NCBI GenBank assembly: GCA_964016885.1 | Contig: OZ024745.1 | Location: forward strand, 107,694,001 to 107,758,000 | Length of the DNA: 64,000 nucleotides | Reading direction: 5' to 3' | Source: Eledone cirrhosa | Lineage: Eukaryota | In this document: positions 53,416 to 64,000 of the stretch, in pieces | Layout of the letters: the number at the start of each line of letters is the position of its first letter | How positions within the stretch are numbered: the stretch's first letter is position 1 | Program-made: the position numbers and the translations under genes | The notes under the pieces: model-generated | What the model was told of the DNA's origin: nothing | Database searches by the model: none | The model's input: only the letters and a program-made list of their open reading frames with translations

Positions 53416-54158
53416 CATCATCATCATCATCACCGTTTTACGTCCGTTCTTCCACGCTAGCATGGGTTAGACGGGTTGTCCTGTTGTGTGCAGTGTCTGG
53501 TCGGCTGACCATGCCTTGCTCATACAGGAACTGATCTGGCTTGAATTCTACAGCTGGATGCCCTTCCTAACACCAACCTCATTTACAGTGAGTGCTGGGT
53601 GCTTTTTCGTGGCGCCTACACGTCCACTTTACAGTGTGGGCTGGGTGCTTTTTTGCCGTGGCACCTCCACGACCACCTTGCGGGGGGGGGGGGGCATATT
53701 GTTTATATGCTTCAGCATGTACCCATGGGAGGTCGGGTACTCTGTATTACTGGGTGACGCCAGAAGTCACGGTCGTGTGTCATTGTCTTTGAGAGGTGTA
53801 ATTGGGTAAGGTCGGCTTTTATCACCTCATCCCAGGTCATCTTGGGTCTCCCCACTCCGCGGTTTCCATCAACTTCTAGGGCTCTGCACCTTTTTATGCA
53901 GCTGTCATCCTTCATACGCATCACATGTCCATACCAGCGCAACCGCCTCTCCTGCACACAGCATTTGATTCCTTTTATGCTCAGTCTCTCTCTCAATTCA
54001 TTTATGCTTTGTCGTTCACGTATATTACTGTTACACATCCATCGGAGCATGCAGGCTTCGTTTCTCTCTAATCTACGTAAGTCTTCCACCTTCAGCGCCC
54101 AGGTGTCACTACCATGCAACATCGCTGTTCGGATACACGCATCATACAGTCTGCCTTT
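53414..54158 (-). mobile_element. 5'-truncated RTE-clade LINE with 3' UTR and (GAT)n tail, inserted in (TA)n
   Basis: KGRLYDACIRTAMLHGSDTW..RRLRWYGHVMRM..GNRGVGRPKMTW. Confidence 0.9.
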
Positions 54159-54270
54159 CATATATATATATATATATCATAATATAATAAAGTGAGAAAT
54201 GCGTGACTGTGTCCTGAATATATTTTTTCATCTGGTTAGTAAAGTAAGTTCGATTACTTGAATAAATAAT

Positions 54271-54365
54271 TGTTTCTACTTTAGGCACAATGGCCAGCAA
54301 ATACCGAGTGCATTACTGGTACTTTATTTTATCGACCCCGTAAGGATGAAAGGCAAAGTCAACCT
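54271..54365 (-). mobile_element. 5'-truncated young SINE
   Basis: TSD TTACTTGAATAAATAAT (54254-54270 / 54366-54382). Confidence 0.92.
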
Positions 54366-54819
54366 TTACTTGAATAAATAATGAATGAATATTACTTAGT
54401 TTATGTATTAAATTTAGTAGCTGTTGATTAAACATAACTATTCTTATATAAATTGATTGCTTATTTTAAAATTCACTTCTTTTAAAATGTTCAAATGTCA
54501 ACAATTCTGGTTATGATATAACGGATGCTATATCATATCGCTGATATGATATAATGATATTATTCTCCTTTTTCTTTTTCATTACATTTCACCGTAATGC
54601 AGTTTATATATAATATCGTATTTTTTTAATGTATCATGGATTACTTTACTGATTACAGAAGGGAGTGTAACACAGTCTCTCTTCAATTTCTGTGCATATT
54701 GTCAATTACGATTTTATTTGTTGTATCACATCTACATGAATGTATATTTGCTCAGCCGTTAATATGAATAAGGAAAGTATATACTTTAAAACGTTCAATC
54801 AACTGACAGGAAGGTATAC

Positions 54820-54858
54820 GGTGCTGATGACAGCTAATAAGCTAGAAACTAGTTCATT
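54820..54858 (+). ncRNA. Minimal hammerhead ribozyme motif in a PLE-end fragment (~54700-55118)
   Basis: GGTG-CTGATGA-CAGCTAATAAGCTA-GAAA-CTAG-TT-CATT; palindromic stem III. Confidence 0.65.
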
Positions 54859-55115
54859 GTTCCTTTGTCAGTGTTGAACAAAAGGGCAACGATGGTTGCC
54901 GAACACTGTACGGCTAATAATTTTGGGCTGTTTGTTTACAAACAAACCGAGCATTATAATAAATGTTCGGTAAACCCATACGTACATATATATATGTGTG
55001 CATATATGTATGTATATATATACTACTGTACGTCTGTATACATATATGTATGCACGTATACATACTTATATTTAAGTATCAGCCGTACTAAGAGAAATGA
55101 AATTTCATTTTTTCC

Positions 55116-55164
<49 letters not shown>

Positions 55165-55165
<1 letters not shown>

Positions 55166-55218
55166 CTGGCGAGTGGGATTGGCTCAGTACAGTCTTTCTT
55201 CACTTTGAAATATATATA

Positions 55219-55258
<40 letters not shown>

Positions 55259-55974
55259 CACTCACGAATATATATAAACACGCACACATGCATATAAACA
55301 AACACACGCACACACACATACACACAAACACACATATATGCACACACATATACATACACACACATATATACATCTAAACACACACACATACACAGCCACT
55401 TTACTGCGGAACCCAATATTAACACATTTTTCTTCCCTCCTACAATGATTTTGTCACTATCTCTCAAAATATTACCCCTCTCTCACTAAAACATTATACC
55501 TTTCTCATCCTCTCTATATACCACTACATTCCTTACTCTCTCTAACTTGACCAACATTCTCCATCACACACTAAACCACCAAACTCTCTCCCCCTCTCTA
55601 TATCCGACTACATACCGCACTCGCTCATTCTCACAAATCCCCCTCTCAAACAAACCACAAAACACTCTCCCCTCTCTAAATACCACTACACACCTCACTC
55701 TCTCAATTTCCCCTCTCTCATTAAACAAACGAACTCTATCACCCTCTCTCTCTCTCTATCCTACTACATATCTCACTCTCTCTCACAAATCCCCCTCTCT
55801 CACTAAAGTATCAAACTCTCTCTCTCTTACTCTATACCGCAACATATCTCATTCTCTCTCAATTCCCCCCTTGCAGGATAGCTTAATTGATAATTATTAA
55901 TAATGTTATATTGTGTAATAGCCATACTCGATAACGAGGGGGCAGCCATCATATATATATATGTATATATATAT

Positions 55975-56007
<33 letters not shown>

Positions 56008-56028
56008 CACATACACACATATATATAT

Positions 56029-56066
<38 letters not shown>

Positions 56067-56964
56067 ACACACAGACATACACACAAACACATATATACAC
56101 AGCCACTTTACTGCGAAACCCAATATTAAAACATTTTTCTTCCCTTCTACAATACATAAAATTTATCTTTGAGAAAATAATTGTTTCTACTTTAGGCACA
56201 AGGCCAGCAATTATCCAGTGCATTACTGGTACTTTATTTTATCGATCCCGTAAGGATGAAAGGCAAAGTCGACCTCGGCGGGATTTGGAGAAAATAATAA
56301 CAAAGAAAAATAAAGTTTTTAACTGTTATTTTTCTCTTGCTGATATTTTCACTTGTTGATGTTGTTATGTGAACGTCATGGTAATAAATATATATATATA
56401 TACAACCGCTCGCATGGTCGGATCGTCGGCGACTAAACCGGCAATCCCATCAAGTTTAATTGGGGAGGAGGGTTATTTTGGACAACCTACAGGACAAAAA
56501 ACAAAACCTCACAAAGGGCAGAAAAATTCATAAGAGTCAACGGCCATCCAAAAATGTGTAAGTATGTATATGCATATATACATATATGTATATATGCGCG
56601 GGGACATAGAAATAATTGGGCTCGATACCTGATCACGTGGTTACACAACTGGGAGTGAAGGACCCTAGCCTTTGTCAAGTTATTTTTCTAGGAGAAGGCA
56701 ACTCAGGAAACTGGGATAACTCTATATATAAAACCTGCGGCTCAGTAGTTACCGATGATGTTGATCTTTTCTTCTTTTCGGGTTATAGCTACTGTCGCTC
56801 AGCGAGTGGGATTGGCTCAGTGCACAGTCTTTCCTCACATTAAAAAAATCTCCACGCACAGGCATTGCACGATAGCTTAATTGATAATTATTAATAATAT
56901 TATATCGTGCAATATCCATACTCGATAACGAGGGGGTAGCCATCATATATATATATATATATAT

Positions 56965-57041
<77 letters not shown>

Positions 57042-57501
57042 TATATGCACACACACATACATACACACACATACATACACACACATATATACATATAAAC
57101 ACACAAACACATATATACACAGCCACTTTACTGTGAAACCCAATATTAAAACAATTTTCTTCCCTCCTACAATACATAAAATTTATCTTGGTGAAAATAA
57201 TATCAGAGAAAAAATAAAGTTTTTAACGGTTATTTTCTTTTCTTGCTGATATTTTCACTTGTTGTTGTTGTTATGTGAACGTCATGGACAAAAAAAAAAA
57301 CAAAAAAAGACAAAGGGCGGAAGAATTCATAAGAGTCAACGGCCTTTCATAAGAGCCTTTCATAAGAATTCATAAGAGTCACAGTCTTTCCTCACTTTTA
57401 AAAAATCTTCACGCACAGGCATTGCACGTTAGCTTAATTGATAATTATTAATAATTTTATATCGTACCATAGCCATACTCGATAACGAGAGGGCAGCCAT
57501 C
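55165..57501 (+). repeat. Partial tandem array (3-4 units, ~1 kb) of the unclassified 11280-type element
   Basis: CAGCCACTTTACTG..CCCAATATTAA at ~55393, 56100 and 57120; GATAACGAG..GCCATCAT at ~55930, 56924 and 57481. Confidence 0.85.
56182..56287 (-). mobile_element. 5'-truncated SINE in one array unit (empty site in the paralogous unit)
   Basis: TSD GAGAAAATAAT (56171-56181 / 56288-56298); single GTGAAAATAAT at 57191. Confidence 0.9.
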
Positions 57502-57533
<32 letters not shown>

Positions 57534-57536
57534 ATA

Positions 57537-58827
57537 CAGGGTGGTCATAATTCCTGTTACAAAGTTTTAAATCAATTTAAAAATACGTTATGTTGCTAAT
57601 ATAACTAATATATTTGTATCAAATCCATGCACTATAACCATTTTAACTATTTTTCAGAACATTATGCCATTAACAATGTGCAATGTCCATAGAATTGAAA
57701 ATAAAGTTCATAATAGAGAAGCATGAAAAAGGCCTGACTCCACCCGAGATATTTAAACTGGGGAAAACTCTTAAGATCAATAGAATGGTGATCAAAACGA
57801 CAATCGATCGATTTAAGGAAACTTCCTCGACCAAAGACAGACTTCAATCCGGACGCCCTCGCACTTCAAGAACACCAAATCTCGTTAAAGGTGTGAGGGA
57901 AATAATCCAAGAAGGTCCATAAGAAAAATGGCAGAAGAAGCAGAAACATCGCCAAGAACTATGTGGAGGATATGTCGAGATGATCTGGGGATGTCACCCT
58001 ATAAGTTCCAAAAGAGGCAGCTTCTTTCTGCAGCCACAACTGAAAAGAAGCTCTCCAGAAGTAAACTGTTATTGAACCGTATCAAGGATTGCACGCTGCA
58101 AAACATCATCTTTACAGATGAGAAGTTATTCACTGTGCAGCAGTCTCACAATCATCAAAATGATCGAGTACTTGCAAAAAGTCTCAAATCAATTCCTTCA
58201 AGTGTAGGAAAAGTGTTCAGAACACAGAAACCAGCACCAGTGATGGTTTGGGCAGCCATTTCCGAAAGAGGGAAGTCTCCTCTGATTTGTGTGCCTCAAG
58301 GAGTTAAAATTAACAAAGAACTTTACATAAAGGATATTTTGGAAGGAGCACTGATGCCATGGTGCACATCTGTTTATGGCGATGACATTTAGACTCTCCA
58401 ACAAGATGGAGCGACGAGCCACACTGCTCGCATAATACAACAGTGGTGTAGCGACCATTGTCCTGCATGGATCAGTAAGGAAGAGTGGCCTCCCACATGA
58501 CCAGATCTCAACCCTCTCGATTTTTATTTATGGTCAATTCTTGAGAGTGAAGCCTGCTCTACTCCTAGCCAAAATATTGAAACTCTAAAATCAAAACTTA
58601 ATAAAGTATGGGAGAAAATACCCATGGAAACTGTTCGTGCAGCCGTCGAAGACTTTCCAAGAAGACTTCAAGCAGTAGAGAGCTTGAGGAAAGCATTTCG
58701 AATACATTTTTGTGCAGTTGTTTAATAGTATATTACTTACTATTTGTTGAAGTCAGATCTTGAAATAAATGTTTTTTTCAAGAACTATTTGCATTTTATT
58801 TTGTAACAGTTTTTATGCCCCACCCTG
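57537..58827 (+). mobile_element. Full-length decayed Tc1/mariner DD37D (maT) transposon, 1291 bp
   Basis: TA TSD; ~27-bp TIRs CAGGGTGGTCATAATTCCTGTTACAAA / CAGGGTGGGGCATAAAAACTGTTACAAA; FTDEK..QQD-x37-D (PDLNPLD). Confidence 0.93.
57664..58710 (+). pseudogene. DD37D transposase pseudogene
   Basis: HTH region with SGRPR; frameshift near 57905-57925; stops at 58390 (TAG) and 58498 (TGA). Confidence 0.88.
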
Positions 58828-58944
58828 TATATGAGTGAGAGGGTGTTTGTCTCTATCAACCATCATGACCCATAAACGTTTTAACATTTTCGCTGAATCT
58901 TTTTCTGATAAAGTTATACCTCCCGTCTTTGACATCATTGTTGC

Positions 58945-59546
58945 TATCGTTAGCGTCGGAAAACATGCTTTGTAGCATAGAGTTATGGCCTTTTGCGTTC
59001 TTATTTCAAATCCCACCGAGGTTAGCTTTGCCCTTCATCCTTACCGGGTCGATAAAATAACGCACCAATAATGCCCTAGGGTCGATTTAATCGAGTTATC
59101 CCTCCTCTTCAAATTGCCGGCCTTGTGCCTAAAGTAGAAACAATTATTAGGATTAGCAGTATCGCTAGATCGTCAGAAACCATGCATTGCAGCATAGGGT
59201 TATGGCCCCTTGCGTTCTGAGTTCAAATCCCGCTGATTTGCCTTTCATCCTTACGGGGTCGATAAAATAAAGTATCAGTCACGCACTGGGTTTGATTTAA
59301 TCGACTTTCCCCTACCCCAAAATTGCTGGCCTTGTGCCTATATAAGAAACCATTATTATAGTTGTTTATAGGACGGAGGATTGGCAGTATCGGTAGAGGG
59401 TCAGACGCCATGCTTTGCAGCATAGAGTTACGGCCCTATCCAATCTGAGTTCAAATCCCGCCGAGGTTAGCTTTGCCTTTCATCCTTACGAGGTCGATAA
59501 AATAAAGTACCAGTAATGTACTAGGATAATTGCTGGCCTTGTGCCA
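58945..59546 (+). mobile_element. Three head-to-tail SINEs (~58945-59143, ~59150-59351, 59371-59546)
   Basis: Family motifs; the last has TSD ATTATTATAGTTGTTTATA. Confidence 0.88.
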
Positions 59547-60048
59547 ATTATTATAGTTGTTTATATTGGTCATGTTCAGATACTTATTGCTTATTTTTAT
59601 ATTCTGTTATTTTCTCCATTGTCTTGTTATTATTTTGATTGTCTTTTTGTGCGTGTGTTTTTGTTTTGTTTGTTATAATAAAATGTTTATAGTTTTAATT
59701 CATTTACATACCATTTCGGCAAAATTTTCTATCCTTTTTTTTTATTTTTATTTATTTCATTTAATTTTTTTTTTTTTTTTTTTTTGTCAGTTTCTCCTCC
59801 TTTCTTTTCTTCTCTTCACATTAATCAAGTTATTGGCTGGATAAGATTGTAAATCGAAGGAGTTAAGGTTTTATAATTTAAGGAAGAAACAAAAAATATA
59901 CAACAACGAAAAGAAAAACTGAAATTCCTAGCATTTCGTGAAATTGAATAATGTAGTACTTGAAGCGTTAGAGGTAGAAGTGTGGGTCTCGGGAAGTGTT
60001 TCTTCTTTGGAGAACAGCCAAATTTCCCATGTATGTAAAACTAGAATT

Positions 60049-60095
60049 TTATATATATATATATATACATATGTGTGTGTGTGTGTGTTTATATA

Positions 60096-60129
<34 letters not shown>

Positions 60130-60152
60130 CACACACACATATATGGATATAT

Positions 60153-60227
<75 letters not shown>

Positions 60228-60337
60228 CAAACACATATGTATATACAAACACAAATGTATATATATGTATACAAATATATATATATATATATTTGTATAC
60301 ATATATATACATTTGTGTGTATATACATATGTGTTTG

Positions 60338-60389
<52 letters not shown>

Positions 60390-60405
60390 TCCATATATCA
60401 ATATA

Positions 60406-60484
<79 letters not shown>

Positions 60485-60610
60485 GTATATATATATATGT
60501 ATATATATATATGTATATATATATATATAAACACACACACATTTGTGTATGTTAAAGTATGTATGTATATGTGTGGGTAAACGTGTGTCTGTGTATATTT
60601 GTATATATGA
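60049..60610. repeat. Compound (TA)n/(TG)n/(CA)n microsatellite with quasi-palindromic organisation
   Basis: Direct reading; ATATGGATAT/ATATCCATAT and ATACAAACACA/TGTGTTTGTAT are mirrored. Confidence 0.9.
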
Positions 60611-60811
60611 ATCAAAGTATGAATGTATGACTGTATATATAAGTGAATTAAGAACTATACGGAAGGATTGCTGACTGTATAGATGTGAATGAACGGATGA
60701 ATAGTGCCGGGGTTAGCTTGAAATTTATTTGAAATCAGAACGAGCGTGAGTTTTACAAACTAGAATTTTTTTCACCACGCTGACACGTATGTGTATAAGT
60801 GTGTATGAGTA

Positions 60812-61291
60812 TATAAATATAAAAGCGAAAATACAGACACACACACAAAACTACACACTCACATACATACATTCACACAAACACACACATACATTTCCAC
60901 AAACACACATATCCACATACACTCACAGACAGCGTAGCAAAAAGAACGCCAGCTGCTGTTTTGCTATAGTTTATAAATATAAAAGCGAAAATACAGACAC
61001 ACACACAAAACTACACACTCACATACATACATTCACACAAACACACACATACATTTCCACAAACACACATATCCACATACACTCACAGACAGCGTAGCAA
61101 AAAGAACGCCAGCTGCTGTTTTGCTATAGTTTATAAATATAAAAGCGAAAATACAGACACACACACAAAACTACACACTCACATACATACATTCACACAA
61201 ACACACACATACATTTCCACAAACACACATATCCACATACACTCACAGACAGCGTAGCAAAAAGAACGCCAGCTGCTGTTTTGCTATAGTT
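60812..61291. repeat. Three apparently identical 160-bp tandem units
   Basis: AAAAGCGAAAATACAG at 60821, 60981 and 61141. Confidence 0.95.
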
Positions 61292-61469
61292 TTTTTTTAT
61301 CATCCTCTTCCTTCCTTTTACACACACATACATTAACACAAACACACACACAGATTGTGTGATGGACGGAAGTTTCTCAAATTTTTATATAGATTCTCAA
61401 GCCTTTTGATACAAACACATCCAAAAACATATCTGGTTTTAAGAATATATTTTAAAGGGTTCCTTTTTA

Positions 61470-62354
61470 AGTTTCGGTTGATTTACTTTAGGGTGTCTAA
61501 GGTCCTGGGTACTGAGTTTTAGGGCACGTTGGATTCCATTGTCAATTAGTGATGCAGGGTAGTCCCTGCCAATGATGTGTCCTTTAGTTCTTGTAACCGT
61601 AAGTAGCAGGTTTTTTTATTGGAGACTATAGTACAGATTCTCTTGGCTAAGTTGTAGGGAATATTAATTTTAACGTGTCTAGGGTGGCAAGAGTTGAAAG
61701 GAAGATATAGACACCCTAAAGTAAATCAACCGAAACTAAAAGCTCTTCCATACATCTCAACACACAACCCCCTCAACAATGAGGCCTTTGACACCATCCT
61801 CCAGAACATCCCTGTGTTGAAAAAGGACCATAGAATGAACTAAATCCTACGAACACACGATATCACAAAGAGCAAAAGACAATCTAAGTCAATGAAAAAC
61901 ATCCTAACACATGCCAAAGTACTGCCAACCACAACAACGAAACACACAGTAAAAAAAAAGATAGACCCAACTGTGGCATATGCATCAACCTAATAGAGGG
62001 TTCGGAATTCTATTTCAAAGAAGGACAACGTTTTATAGTAAAACACAATTTCACATGCGCATCAGAAAATCTAATATATGTATTAACTTGCTCAGGTTGT
62101 CGAGAACAATACATAGGCCAGACCAAAAACAGCCTCCGCCAACGCATGACTGTCCATAGATCCTAAATTAAAATACGGGAATACAGGAAAATACCACTGA
62201 GTGAACACATTGATACCTGTGCCGCCCAAAATCATCCCAACTTCAGAATCTTTCCCCTCTACAAATTTAAAGATAATGCCACCCACACCCAGCGCATCAG
62301 CAAGGAATCTTACTTTATTAACAAATACGGACCCCGTCTAAACACTTCTCCCTA
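61470..62354 (+). mobile_element. Decayed Penelope-like element (Neptune/Poseidon-like) with a 5' inversion
   Basis: 61470-61707(-) encodes YLPFNSCHPRHVKINIPYNLAKRICTIVS; 61708-62354(+) encodes LPYISTHNP..FTCASENLIYVLTCSGCREQYIGQTKNSLRQRMTVHR; stops and frameshifts present. Confidence 0.85.
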
Positions 62355-62895
62355 AGACGAACCCACAACATACACACGTCAACATACATACCTACATCAG
62401 CATACATCTCTATCCACATATAAACACAATGACATACGTAAACACACATGTTCTATGATGCAACACAAATATACACAAATTTGCATACCTTTTGATGTCT
62501 ATAGATATAAACGTGCCGACACACACACATACATAAACGCACACATGCATTGCACACTGATGGGCACATACATATTTCTACACAAGTATTCCAATACGGC
62601 AAGGCCTAATGGATTCCCTTTGCAGTACGAACAATCTGGACACTCACACACACCTTGGTATTATGCCAATACTATATATCATTTCACACCTTTTATTATT
62701 AAGGTTTTTGATGTTCTATTGAGAGAATCGTTTTTACTGAAAATATCGAATAATGTACACCATTTTACCAGTATCACAAAAATACTGGTCCGTCCACACA
62801 CACAATATACATTCTCACACACACACACATGTATACACACACACACACATATATACACACACACATACACACGCGTACATTAACATACAAAGAGA

Positions 62896-62956
<61 letters not shown>

Positions 62957-63063
62957 CTCCGTATAAGACAAGAGCTGAAAAATATCTTATAACATGTTAA
63001 AATATCCCCCACACACTTACAGACACATTCTTACTGACCATCCCTCTACCACGAATTACTCTG

Positions 63064-63139
<76 letters not shown>

Positions 63140-63713
63140 ACACACACACACTTGTCTTAATAGGCATTTGAACTGTCAACAGGCTGCGGTTCGCACACAC
63201 ATCCCTGCTGACCATTATCACAACAACGAAGCTCTTTACTACTACTACACACACACACACACACATATTTGTTTTGAAAGACTTATTTTTCAGTGACTTC
63301 TCAATCAGCCGACACAAACCTACATTTGGCGCAAAATCAATTTTTAACATTCACATGACCTCTACCGACCAATCAAAATTGTTTTGACCACAAGAATTTT
63401 TGCAACACGAATTGGCGCGAAACTTATTTTAATACCTCTGGAACCGCTTTTTTCACATAAAAACAGGTAGAATTTCCAAAACTAATCAGACTAGAGCAAA
63501 CATCACGGACGCTCTATCTCAAAATTATTTTTGAAAAGCATTAGAAATGCGCAACCAGTAAAGCTTAAAACCAAAACTGAATACTAACCAATACTATTAC
63601 TAATTTTCACTTATTCCTAATTAAACTATTTTTCACTGTGAACAATTTTTCAGCATTTTCTTTTCCGTTTACCAATATATCATAACTTGTGTGTTACACT
63701 TCTATTCTTTTAA

Positions 63714-63952
<239 letters not shown>

Positions 63953-64000
63953 ATAAAGAAAACGAAAAATCAGTGATGCATCTGGACTTAGTTTATTTCG

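Noticed and set aside
59926-60045. Possible terminal exon on the minus strand
   Set aside because: No recognisable protein similarity and the acceptor context is a microsatellite
60812-61291. CRISPR-like regular repeats
   Set aside because: Whole 160-bp units are identical with no unique spacers, no cas genes and a eukaryotic context

Overview
AT-rich eukaryotic DNA, saturated with microsatellites, with no recognisable intact host gene. The repeat families resemble those of coleoid cephalopods (Octopus-like; this is my inference). Contents: (1) roughly 40-45 copies of one tRNA-derived SINE, the young ones flanked by 11-20 bp TSDs that start with ATTA(T); (2) three truncated Penelope-like elements (PLE; RT plus C-terminal GIY-YIG), two of them embedded in (TA)n, and many PLE-end mini-insertions carrying hammerhead ribozyme (HHR) motifs; (3) an internally deleted Tx1/L1-type LINE with a 20-bp TSD; (4) an R4/Dong-type RLE LINE inside (TGTA)n; (5) RTE and CRE-like LINE fragments; (6) a full-length decayed DD37D (maT) transposon and a related MITE. 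Three signals stand out. First, PLE mini-elements recur as two opposed 3' ends with fixed endpoints, one of them 17 nt downstream of an HHR cleavage site, consistent with twin priming in (TA)n. Second, one HHR has a U3-A8 core. Third, the dominant SINE and the Tx1-type LINE share a 3' terminal motif and an ATTAT target, suggesting a SINE/Tx1 partnership. Most ORFs in the supplied track are microsatellite translations. All coordinates were read by eye and may be off by a few bases.
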